NCBI RefSeq assembly: GCF_006345805.1
Contig: NC_042998.1
Location: forward strand, 41,664,001-41,728,000
Length of the DNA: 64,000 bases
From: Octopus sinensis
Lineage: Eukaryota
Direction: 5' to 3'
Position 1 is the stretch's first letter; each line of letters opens with the position of its first letter. The notes beneath the pieces were generated by a model, which was not told where the DNA came from, searched no databases, and worked only from the letters and a program-made list of their open reading frames with translations. This document shows positions 1 through 13,400 of this stretch, piece by piece. The position numbers and the translations under genes were made by a program.

Positions 1-440
1 TCACTTGGTTGCATATCTCGGAACAGTTTCCAGGAGGTCAATGTTCTCAGCAAGATAGGGGTTCCAAACTGGTGAAGCAAGTTCCAAGTGTGGCCACACC
101 ATAGTCATATACAACCTTAAATAGATAGCTAGAGAGTGGCTGACAAATGTTTTGTTGAGTGATGCCTAGACACCCCTGGCCTTCTTGACAATTTTAGAGA
201 TGTGCTTTGTTCAGTGCAAATTGCTGCTGACAGTAATGTCCAGGTTATGTTCACAAGAAGACTTCTTGGTATTAGTGTTGTGGAGGGAGTATGTGGACGC
301 TGGGTTTTTCCTCCTAAAATGCATGGTGGTACATTTGTCCACACCATCATCCATTGCTGCACTGTGTCTAGGTCCGATTCGAGAGAGATCTATAGTGTTC
401 AGGATCTATCCTTTTGATCTACAACTGTGACTACTTCCTT
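1..440 (-). mobile_element. Degenerate CR1/L2-type LINE RT C-terminal fragment
   Basis: The minus strand reads LYMTMVWPHLELASPVWNPYLAENIDLLETVPRYATK. Confidence 0.8.
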
Positions 441-1348
441 TCGGTTGAGAATGAAGGACTTCAACCAAACTCAAGATTATTAAAAACAAAATGAACAAAA
501 CCTGTTTTTCATCTTTCAAATCAGTCAGATTTAATGGTTACACACACATACATAAGGATAATGTCAAAGAGAAACATTCATTCCTCTTTAAATCATATCT
601 TTGAAACTATTAAATGATAAATGACCATTATTCTCAAACAGTGGTTATTTTTGTTTTTTCAATCTTGATTGTACAAGATCCAGTAGCTACAGTAAAGTTA
701 GCAACCTCACAAATATATTCATCTGAATATATAGCCTTGCAATTTGTTTCATTGTCATTAACTAATTCAGCAAACATTTTACAAATATTAGTTTAAAACT
801 TCTTATAAAAAGAAAATTACAAAAATAGATTGTTTTATGTAAAGGAGAAAAAGGAAATATTTGATAGAGATAAGACAGAAGTAGAAGCAGTTGTAATAAT
901 TTTACTTTTATAATGTCTACATTTATCTAAATTTCTGTTGTGTCTGATAAGTCACAAAGGAGATCATCAATCAACATTTCAGTGTTGTCTACAATGACTG
1001 CTTTATAGTAACAAGATTACTCTGATAAAGCAGAATCATCTTGTCTTTTGTATGTTTAGGATTAAATGTCTGTTTTTGCCTTCAAGACATGTTATATAGC
1101 AGGGAAACATGGCTGTTTTCTAGCAAGTTGAGCAACTATGTAGATGTTGTCCTCAGTAAATGAAAGCATAGTTCTGTTTGTTCTTTTATATGTTATATCA
1201 TACTGGCCTTGAAATGTAACATGATGAAAGGTTTATTTTAAATGTGCACATTTTAAAATAGACAGTCTTGTATCATAGAAACAAGTGTCTCAGACAGATT
1301 GGTTGTGTAAGGGTTAAAGTAATTTTCTTTTCTTTATTCCTTTTTCAG

Positions 1349-1460
1349 GAGCAAGTGTTTGACTATATTTTTAACCATTTGGGTATTGATACTGAAAGTT
1401 GTGTGGATCATCCCATTGTCATGTCTGAAGCTCTGAGTAATCCAAATTATTGCAGACAAC
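1349..1460 (+). CDS. ACTR5: ACTR5 exon A ([24 protein letters not shown]...CRQ)
   Basis: tttttcag acceptor, gtaaga donor, phase 0 to 1. Confidence 0.95.
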
Positions 1461-4400
1461 GTAAGAAATATTTGATTAATCAATTTATTATTTTAATATC
1501 TGTGGTTAGGAAGCTTGCTTCCTAGCCATATGGTTTCAGGTTCAGTCCCATGCTTGGCACCTTGGGCAAGTGTCTTCTGCTATAGCCTCGTAATTGAATT
1601 TGGTAGGCAGAAGTTATCATCGGCTTTTTTTTTCATATTACCAATTTAAATTATGTTTTTTAAAAATTGTATTTTATTTAGAGGAAAAGCTATGAAGGCA
1701 GCCTATTATTCAGTAATATTAATTCTAATTGCTAAAGCTTAGAGTGACAGAGGAAAAGAGACAGGTTTTGCACAGAATTTAAGTAAATAGTTGCATTAAG
1801 TTTTTCTGGGTTACTGCATGTGTTTCTACACATACATCATAACAATAGTTCACTAACATAAATAACTTTTAACATATTAACACAAGTCAACACCCATAAA
1901 ACTTATTCTAATGAATCCAAAAGAGTTGCAGTTCATTCATTATAAACCTCTTGGCAAAAAAAAACTGGCATGTAAAAAGCACTATTCAAACATGATCGAT
2001 GCCAGGCCCACCTGACTAGCCCCTGTGCTGGTGGCATGTAAAAAGCACGCACTACACTCTCGGAGTGGTTGGCATTAGGAAGGGTATCCAGCTGTAGAAA
2101 CATTGGAAGATCAGATTGAAACCTGGTGCAGCTGCTGGCTCTACAGACTTCACTCAAACCGTCCAACACATGTCAGCATGGAAAACGGACGTTAAATGAT
2201 GATGATTGAAGCATTGCATCAGTTGTGCTGGGTCTTTGAATTTCTTTGTGCATTTTTAGCTAGCTAAACTATCATAAAGGGTGTTTGTATTGGAGAGCAA
2301 ACTGTTGGTTTCTTGTTTATAACAAATTTGTAATGATATTTTTGTTTTCATTCCAGAAATGTCTGAGTTGTTGTTTGAATGTTACCATGTCCCTAAAGTT
2401 GCTTATGGCAATGATGCATTATTCAGTTTGTACAAAAATCATCCAAAACCAGGTATTCTCATTATTCATTTAAAATCCTTTCAAATATGTCATTAACTTT
2501 TTTTTTTGTTACAATTTTTCTTCATCAGGTAAATTGGAAAAAAAGACAGACGTGTTCGTTTGTATCCATCTCTCAAATGAAAATAATAGGAAATTTGGAA
2601 AATTGTTTTTAAAATAGGTGTATCCTGCATTGAATAGCTTAGGGTGGATTTAATTTGTGAAATCTTTCTATTTATGAATTTTAGTTCTATTTTTGCTGAG
2701 CTGATAGCCTCAACTACAGATAAGGATCTCTAGTGATGGGAATAATTCCTTAAAAAAAGGAAACGTGAATGATGCACATGTTGACAAACAAGAAAAAGTA
2801 AAATATCAGAAAGTTATAAAAGTTTGCAAATTGTTGATAATCTTTCTCATGTTAACTCCTGTTATTTTCCTTCTATTGCCCCAGACATTGAACAGCATTA
2901 TAACAGCTTTTATCGTCTACATGTTAAATGAAATCACTTTTTTAGATAATGTAATTCCTTCCTTTACTCATCTTCTCTTTACATTATGCAAGCCCAATTT
3001 TACATTTTTCACTTGACACAGACAAAACTGTTTTTTTTAGTTAATAAATCCCTAGATATGTTTTATATTATTAATTGTATCAGTCCATATCAGCCAAATG
3101 TCCTTTGGCACATTTTACTTTCTTAAAGGAAAAACACAATCTGATCTGAGACAAATATAGAATGGTCAGAACTGTTAAATTTGATAATGTCTGTCTATCT
3201 GGGGCTTAACGACAATCTTTGTATTGATAATTTTCCATACAGATGTTAAATTTTAAAATTTACTCTATACATTAGCAAGAGTTTTCTTTTTCTTTTATTA
3301 TCAGAATCAGCAAATGCTTTAATAGTTGACTGTGGTTATCAAACAACTCATGTCATTCCCTTTATAAATGGTCAAATTGTTGCTGAGAATTGTCGCCGTC
3401 TAAATTTAGGTGGTTTACATCTTGATTCATTCCTACACAGACTTCTTCAGTTAAAATATCCCAATCATTTGGCTGCAATAACTCTTAGCCGTGCTGAAGT
3501 AAGTATAATTCTTGAAAATTTTATCAGAATTTGCATTTTTCTTTGCAAACTGAACATATTGTTAAAGCAGTTTATATTTTTTCTTAATGTATGCTGGATT
3601 CAGTTTTTTTCTTTTTCCTACCAGCTCTTATTGCCTTCCATATTAATCAACTGAAAGACTTTTGGCTTATTGGCCAGAAAGCTGGGATTAAGGACTAATG
3701 AAACATAATAAAGACAGACTCACAGCAAGTGTAAAGAAATGAGCTAATGGATCTTCAATTAAATCATTAGCAGATTGCAAGGGAGCAAATAAAAAAAATT
3801 CTTGGTATTAGTCAAGTTTGACGAAGTACACTGTATGCTTCCCAGATTCACCACAAGATACAGTTACTGAGGGAAATCATTTTTTCCATTACGTACACAC
3901 CTTTAAGCATTGCATTCAAAAACTTTCTATTTTTGCCAAACTCTTTGATCTTCCTTTCTTTACAAAGATCTGGTGTGTCCTATTTCCAAGTAGTGTAACA
4001 TCACTGAGTATACAGGTGTCTTGCCATGAATTGCAACATCTCAAATGGAGATGGTTGTGGTAATCTTTTTAATCTCCTATCTCTCTTTTTTGATCCAGTT
4101 TCCATAGTCAGATTTGAGATTTCTATAGTTCATATCTTTAAGAATTCTGGCAAAGTGAAGTCGTTGCCTGCCATTACCAATGTTGTTTAGCCATGTAGGC
4201 TCTCTTTAATGTACTTGGTTTAGTTGTCACCTACATGCTTCCTTCAGTACATTGACTGGCTAGTTATTTCTAATTGAACAATTTAATTCAATTACACTTC
4301 AATCTATTACATGCAATCTTGACACTTCATCTTTTTGCTAGAGCAAGAATTTTTCCATACAAATATCAAAGGAAGTCTAGTACCAAGCTCTACATATGTA

Positions 4401-7400
4401 TGAATAAAATAACTAAAACCCTCAGAAGCTACCACAAGGACATAAAATCTGACTTCACATCCAAAGCATTACTAAAACTCCATTTGAAAACTAGCTTTCT
4501 TTTTCAGAGCAATTGCTAACTTATAACAAAGCTCATGACTACTGCTGCATATTCAAATATTTAGTACTGTATTAAAAACAAACTGACGAAAGTTCCAACA
4601 TAATGACTTCTAATCCAGAGATAGCCATTGTCTCTTTTCTGAACTAGCATATTCTCTTGATTCAGCTCACTTCTGTTTGTTGTCATTCCCCCCAGATTTT
4701 CACACAAATCATTGCTTCCACAACTGCAGCACTCTAGAATAATTTGGCCATCTGCTTAGAGCCACCCATCAATCTGGGAGAACCTTCAAATGTCACAGTG
4801 GCTGCCATCTTGACAAGATACTTGAAGAAATTTCTGGGAGAACAAGTGCTATAAGCTTGTTCTAGGTGAAATTTTAGATCAGGCTGGAGGTGTCATTGGC
4901 TCGCATTCATTAAAAAAATGCTATGTTTGTTAGTGAATACATCGTATTGTCATTAAAAAATACTATATTTATTAGTGTGAAAGATACTGTTCAATCATCT
5001 AATAGAATGAAGATTTAGCTCTAAATAATGTAGTAGATACATACACATATGCACTAAAAAAGAAAAGAAATGGCAAAGAATTTTAAAAACAATATTTAAT
5101 TAACTATGTTAATACAGATACTGTACATTTTTGTTTTCTTTTAATAAGACAAATATGTCTGGGTTGAAATCTACTTAAAATGGAAATATACTACAAAGAC
5201 AATGAAATTAATCAACACTTTAGTATAAAAAATTAAGTCACGGAAAACCCATTACAGACGTTAAAGAAATATGAATTGGATTTGTAAATTTTCCAATGAG
5301 ACTGAATTATAGGCAGAGTTTATCTCCATCTCAATATGCCTTTACTTACGAGTACCTGACAAGTTGCTACTCTTACTGGCTGATGAATAAGCAACAGGCA
5401 TACCCTGGCTGTTGTAGGTGTACATTGGAGCACTGGGGTTGTTCTTCACTTGCATGCATGTCATTGGGTTTCCAACCATTGGCATGTTAGAAGCATTTGC
5501 TGCTGACATCATATAGACATCTGAATACTTTAGGTCTTTGTCTAAGTATTTGTGTTGCTGTGAGTAGGGCAATTGGCTATAGTTTGCTCCTGACATATTC
5601 ATTGCTTGCATCTGTTGTACTGCAGCAGCTCCATACATCTGATACTGGGGCAACGGTGCAGAACTCATCTGCATGAGGTTTGGATAGGTAGAATTCTGAA
5701 GTCCAACAGACATCATACCTAGAATAAGAAATAAATAAATTTGTGTACATTTGTCTATGAATAAAAAAAAAGTGGAGCAGAGTTTGTAAATATCTACATA
5801 GTACTCTACCTAATATTTTCTAAATACAAGAAAATTTTGCCTGAATAGAGGATATCCAGAAGAAAATTAGAGCCAAAAATTTTCTCAAATTATAATTGAA
5901 AGTGTAACAAGAAAAAACTGAAGTATTTATTACACAACTAAACAATCATTCATGAAATATAATTAATGTCTATAGTGTACATAAACTGTATATGCATGAT
6001 GAATTAAAAAAATATTTTTTTTAAATTCCGGATTCACATCCAATAGGTGTGGTACAAATTTAACCTACATATTCAGATGATTTACAACTTTAATCTGTTG
6101 TCGCCAATATATAAATTTCTTCTGATGTAAGTTGTAAATACACCTGAAATATAAACACTAACACAACACAAGAGGTGATATCACTGGAAATTTTGTCAAG
6201 TATATACACATATTGTGCCCTTCTGATTGATTTTGCTTTTGCAAATATAGTCTACTTTATTTCTTATGTATGATTGTTAATTCAGTGAATATCATTTTTG
6301 TGAACCATGTGCATTTGTATAAGTTTATATTTTTGTATAAGTTGTGTATTAGTTTTATATTTTGCAATTTTATGCTTTTCTATGGAAAAGTATAAAAACG
6401 CAGAAAACAAGCAAAACGTAAAAAAAAAAAAGAAAGATACTTATCTGTTATGTGTGTGCGATATCTCATCTGTGTGGAAAGTGATAAAGCACAATATACA
6501 CTGCAAAACAACATCCATGATAAACAATGAAAGAAAACATTGCTACTTGGAGAAGCTCACCTCTTTTTGAGAGGTTTTACTAGCATTTTTTTATAAGTTT
6601 ACTTCTTTAATCTCACTTTTGGATGTTTTTTTTTTTAATGAAAAAGTATCTTTATTTCATATAAAGTCCTAGGGCAACTTTTAGAGTAATATTTTAAAAA
6701 TACTTTTATTCAAAGCTATGAAAAAAATTGTGTAATTCATTAAAATCATTCAAGCATCTGAATTAGTTACATATTTCTTATTTTACTATGGTTCCTGATT
6801 AACTAATTATAACATAATGAAAACCTTTAATTATCTAAGCTTATAACAGCATCAAAATTCTTATCTCAAAAAAAGAAAAAATGTAATTGAATTACAATTT
6901 AGTTTTCTAATACTTTAACATGAAAATCCTACAGAAGCCAAATTTCCATTGTTCAGTTTACCATGATTCTATTTCTATGAATTTCCAAAAAATAATTGGT
7001 TATTTACATTTTTTAAAAATTAAGCTAACACTAAAAAAGAAAAAAAATTTTTTAACATAGTGAAGAAGGAATTTTATCACAAGTATATTTGAGATTTTAA
7101 TGATGTAAAAAATATAATTGGAGGATTTACTCATATTTTTCAGAAATAATTTCTGACAAACATCAATATATTTATAGACTTACTTGAAATAAAGTTAAAT
7201 AAATTTAAAATTAAAAATATTTATCACAAGATAAAATGGCTAATTTTTTTTTTTTTTATGTAATCTAATGCATTCTAATGTTGAAAACAAATGTTTTCAT
7301 ATAATTAATATTGAAAAAATGCAGTCAAAACTGAGAATATTGTTAATCAAATATTTAATAGCTTAATTTTTTTTCTTCTTCAATAAATCTCTGAAAATTG

Positions 7401-10400
7401 GTCAAAAAAAAAAAAAAACTTTATAAACCATTAAAAGCTATTGGATTTGGTCAAAATGTTTTCACAATGGCTTCACTAAGAAAGTATTTCAAAATTTAGA
7501 AACTTAAACATACCTGGTGTCTGATTAACAAACATGCTTTGCTGACCATAAGGGTAACCAGTATTTACACTGATACCTTGTTGAGAACCGCTACCATACA
7601 TGATTCCTGGAAGAGTGACTGCTACCCCCTGTGCTGGCTGCAACACCATACCGGAACCTACTGACCAGTCTTGTGATTTAGTGACATATTGTTTTGTTGC
7701 ATCATATGCTTTTGATGTATCATAACCTTTTGACATTTTTCCGGTTCAGTTTCCAAACTTGCTGAGTTTAGGTTCCTTTCTGATATTCAAATCCTTTCAG
7801 AACTTGAAATTTCAAAGAGACAAAGAAAAAGAAAAGAAAATTATAAGCAGTGACAAGTTTTTGTTACTGTAAATGTACAATGTCTTTGTTATGCAATTGA
7901 TACTTGGTTTGCTTCTATATTAACCTCTTAAAATAAATTTCAGTCTTGAGCTGATTTTTTTTTAATGATTTCTACATGTGTAGTAGAGTGTAATTAACCA
8001 AATTTTCCCTTACTACAGGAGTTAGTACAACACCACACACATATGGCAGTAAACTACCATGAAGAGCTAGCAAAATGGGCTGACTATGAGTATTATGAAG
8101 CTAATGTTCATAAAATCCAATTGCCATTCACTCTGGTAAGTTATCTTACCTTTAAATTTATATCATTAATGCTACTATGATTTGAATGGTCATATGAAGT
8201 AATTAATTCTTGAAGTTCTTTATGAAGTAGGATTTCATAAATTGTTTAAGACCTGGTATAAAGATGAAAATTCAAATTGATGAAATTAAAACTTATTTAT
8301 GCCAATTAAATGTTAAGCAAATTCTATGAAGTTAACTTGATTTTCTTTTATTGGGATTACTGCTCTCCAATTTTTAATCATTACCATTTGTATAAGATTT
8401 TTAATGAACATTTATAACCAACCAACATCATCAATTTATTAGTTTTAGCAGTCACTTTATATTATGCATAATACAAATAAATAGCTAGAATGACAGAATT
8501 CTAGTTTAAACACCTCATACAACCTTATGTGGTGGTGTGGGAGATTTTCATAAAATTTCTGCAAATTTGTGTTCTACAAATGAGAATTCATACGATTATG
8601 CAAAAATATTTTTTTGGAGTATGATTTAAGGGCAATTTAGCTGTTATTTTTAGCACATATCACAACCACCTGATACTGACCTCGTGTCTTTGTCACTCTG
8701 ACACGTATGTTTTTCAATATTTTTCTCCATATGAACACATTTAATGGGATGCTGATGCACCTAAAGATGCTATATTGCCGGGATTTAAGCAAAAAATTCG
8801 GACTATTCATATTTTTTTAAAAATTCAAAAAGTGGGACCTTTAGGATTTAAAAAGGAATTTTTATCTTTCCATAATCGTATGAATGTATTCTTGTGTGCA
8901 GAACAAAAATTCACTAAGACTTTCTGAAAATTCCAAAAAATAAAAAAGTTATGAGGGGTTATATGGGGTGCTTAAACCGGAATTTCGCCGCTAAAATAAC
9001 TTCAATATGACAAAGACGTAAAAAGAAAACCAACAACTTAGCAGTGAGAAATGCAAAAGTCCAGTCTACAAATGAAAAGCCAATGCATTGAAGGGAGTTC
9101 ATTAAACATGATTTATACATTAATATAGAGACAGTAATACAGATGAGACTCAAGATAAAATTAGCTCGAAAGAAGCGAAATTGTGTATTAGAATTAGCAA
9201 AGAAAGGACGGCTCGGGTTTGCAAAAGTGTTAGTGATATTAATAACAAAACAAACGTTTCGAGTATCAGTTAAAGAAACTGAATGTCTAAGGATGTTAGG
9301 GAAAAAAAATCTAAAGCAGTTTATATTTGCTATGAACCTTGCGAAGTGTAGTGACTACATGCAATGTTTTTATGGCAGAGATAAACACTTACAAAACTTA
9401 CACTTATTTACAAAACAAATACGTTTTACTTTTTTTTTCGGTACAAACTGTAAATCTGTTATTTAGTTAATTACTGAGAATTAGACGCTGTCTTGTGAGA
9501 TTCATGCTGAAAATAATGATGGAGTGGAGAGACAATTTTGTAGAATTAATATCAACTATAACGTGATAAGTGGATACTCGTATTTTTTTTTTTTAATTTG
9601 GACAGAGGAAAAATTAGAGGAAATTGATCTAAAATCCACTCATTTGAAATAAGAATCGAAAATGAAGATAAGGATGTAGTATATATGCAATTGATTTTGG
9701 ATCTTACAAATAATTACAAGTTAATTTGTAGTGATAAGCAGAAATGCAGAGCTAAATGAAAACAAGCTCACATGTGGTGTAAACGGCATCATATTCCACT
9801 TCAAGGGAGCTGGTAATTTTAAGGCATATTTATGATGGGCTGAGGTTAAGAAATAAACCGTCATGTTTGTAATCAAATAAAAAAAAAGTCTTATTTACGA
9901 TACGAGAAAACGAAAAGGTAAATTTTTACCATTACACCAGTCTCATTTTGAAGGTGTGGTTTACATAAATAATGAGTGATTTCCGACTATTTTGATGATC
10001 AGTCGCTCAAAATACATCAAAAGCATACATTTACCCAAAATACGACGGGTATAAATTTCACTTTCAAAACCAAACGAGTACAATTGTAAATCCATACCGT
10101 TTAAATGTTTTCTATAGTTCTATAGTGTTTATATCTATGTGAGACACAGGTTCAGATGCTAGTCTGATAAGGGGTAACTTCCCGGTAAATTTTTATTACA
10201 CTCGTCTCATTTTGAGGGGTGGTTTACCTAAAAGAACGAATAATTTCCGGCGCTTCTGATGATCAGAAAGATGGGAAAATTACGGGTGTAATTGTAAAAA
10301 ATTTATCAACGAAAATGAAGTTTTATAAAGTCGAATCCATAAAGAAAAAGCATTCTGTAAAGACCTTCATTGAAAAATTAATTTATGTACTATTTAGCTC

Positions 10401-13400
10401 TTTCAATCCAACTTCCATCATTAAATACATTCCACAACCCTCTTCATAATAGCGAGTTCTGATTCAATTATCTTTTAAATTTGACTCTTTAAAAACTGGA
10501 TTCATTTCATAACTGAAATAATTTACTAATTTTTTTTTTTTAAATAAAAATATCAACCACTGAAGGGGTCACGATTGAGTGTTATATAAAACAGTAAAGT
10601 TACACTTCATCTTTTTTAAAATCCCTTCCTATTTTTGCTTTGTTCTAAAAATTGACGTTTGAAGAACTTTTGCTAATTAAACAAATATAACTCAAAAATT
10701 TTTGCTTTTTAAACAAATTTAACCCAAAAAATTTTTGTTATTTAAACAAATTTCACTAAAAAATTTTTACTTATATAAATGAAGTAATTTTGTTCTGTAT
10801 TTATGTTTAAAAAATCCAAGATATTGCATCAATTCTTTAGTTGAAACTGTTTTTCTTTTTAACTATCAAAAGAAATGTGTTTTTTTTATCGTCATTCTAA
10901 TATTTAATTTTGATATAGTTGAGCATTAGTTGACAGAAGCATCTCTCCATTTTTGCGGATTGAGTGGGATGGATGATATGGGCCTCGTTAAATATGAGTC
11001 CACCTAAAGAATTTACAATAAATGGTTAAAAAAAAAAAAAGGTTTAAAACATTTTAGCTATATATTGAAATTAATTTCGGTATTTGGAAGTTTTAAAGAG
11101 AGAGGCTGTAAAATCTTATTAATAACAGATAAAAATAATGCACGTCAACCAAGCCAGCCATTCTGTGAGTTCACTGAATGGGAAGAATGTCGAGGGAATA
11201 TCGAAATTATTTCGAAAACAAAAATTTAGTAGGTATACTTCGATATTTCCTCACATGGTGATGGAGCTTTAATAAATTAGAGCTAATATTAGATTTTTGG
11301 TCCACAGTTCTATGTATATTACCTTTTTAAATCGATTTAAAATAAAAATAATGGCCATTAGAATTTGGAAAAAGCCATTGTAGGATTGTAGCAGCAACGA
11401 TGTATATTTTAGGAAAAGGACGTCAGTAAATGATTTTATACTGTGCTATTCATTATATTTTATTTCCAAAATGTCAAGGAAATCACTTTAAAATCAAGAA
11501 AATGAAATTAAAACCCCCTTTCTGATGTTTAAAACGCCCATGACTAATCCCTTCGTTGAAAGGCGTTAGAACCAAATTACCAGAACATGGAAAGAAAAGA
11601 CCTGATGGAGAAACCCCAATTCCGTTAACAGAATAAGAAGAAACCTTACTTTATATAAATATATATTTTCCACTTAATTGTGAGTAGCAGCAGTCTTGAT
11701 ACGAATGATGGAAGTTTTGTGATGGCACACAAGCTTGTTGAAGAAATGTCAATTATTTGCTTCTAAAGGCTAGCAAGTCAATGAATGATTCACATACATA
11801 CGCGCAGCAATGGCTTCTTCCTTCACTGCTGCTAAGATCAACATTATCGAACTTCTTTTTTAAAATTGTGTATGTGTGTAGGTGTGTATGTGTGTGCGCG
11901 TGTGTCCGCGCGCGTGCGTGCGGACGTGCGTGCGAGCGTGCGTGCATGCATATACGTATGTATGTATGTACGTATGTATGTAATTTTTCACACAGTTACT
12001 CAAGGGTCGGGAGTTTCGTGAAATCAGGCACGCACGCACACATAAACATCTCTTGGAAATTTGTTTTCCAAGAATTGTGGTTCAATCTGAAACCGTGTGT
12101 TGTTGAAACTAATATTATTATATTTCGGAAATAGTCGATAAAAACTGATTAGTGTTTATAGTGTTTATTACGATGACTCTACCTAAATTAAAACATAAAC
12201 AATTGTTATAATCCTTTTATTCATTTCAGCCATGTGGCTGCGGTCATCCTGGAGCTATATATATATATAAAGCTGTTGTATTCGAAACACGCGCAGACCG
12301 TTTTATATATTATTTATTTGATTTTTTTGGCCTAAATAAATTTGAATTGTTTCCTCGTGGAAGGACTTTATACGATTCAAATTGAATTTGCAGTTTGGTA
12401 CTAGAATATTATCAACTCTCTAGATTTTATTCCATTATTAGTCATAGTAAACTAGATTCTCATTTAAATTTCACCTTATAATCAGCACTAAAGTCTGTTT
12501 GATAAATGTAAACACACGCATATGTAAGCCATTGGATTAAATGCTTTGTATACTAAATCCTCATTTTTTATTTCGTTTATAAAGATAGATTCAGTCGTTT
12601 ATTTTCATTTTCAGTGCCCTATTTTTTTTCTCTACATTACATTATCCTGATCAGAGTCGTTCCATAACGACCATCACGTTTTTTTATATTTCATATATCA
12701 GGAGATTTATTACCCAGTGCGCGAAAGATTAATAAACAAAGTAGTCCATATGTTCCGTGTACGCGATAAGATTTCCGTATCCCTTTTTTAGTTAGCGTCC
12801 GAGATCATGGCTTTAACGGTTTTTATTATAATTCTCAAAATAAAATATTTTGTTTTTTCTAATTGAACAGAAGGGAACTAGCTTGTCGCTGTTTATAGTT
12901 AGATCGAAAAAGATTCGCTTTTGTTTACAACAAAATTCAAATCAGTAAAAAATACATATGGCTCTCCCCCCACCTCAACCCTTGTGATTTTCCTCATAGA
13001 GATGAACTTGCATCGAGCTGCTGAGCCTGCAGCATGGTTTCGATTCTCGGTTATGGCCATTTTATATAAGTAGTGCCGCCGCTACCCACACATGCAAATG
13101 ATGAATTACTTAAAATCAAGTACAACTCCAAAATAAAAGCTTGAATAATTAAACAATGGCTTCTTTAATGAATATTTAAAAAAAAACTATCTTTATTTCT
13201 TATTAAGTATTGTAGGGGAAGTCAAAATTATTTATTACTACTATTGTAAAATATATTCATTTGAAGAATTAAAAAATGTGAAAGAACAATATGCGAACAT
13301 CAAATGTTAGGTCTTTGTGGTGACAGTGTAAAATCAAGCGATATGTCATGAATATTATATTAATTATCCAGTCATATTGAAATACCATTCCTTCAAATTT

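Noticed and set aside
6085-6142. Alternative minus-strand acceptor (gtgtttatatttcag) inside the nested gene's intron
   Set aside because: It gives only about 20 codons before a stop, has no good donor and has no compositional support.
5342-7736. Calling the nested protein a reflectin
   Set aside because: It has no MD(X5)MD(X5)MD repeats and very little Arg/Asp, so the similarity is compositional only.
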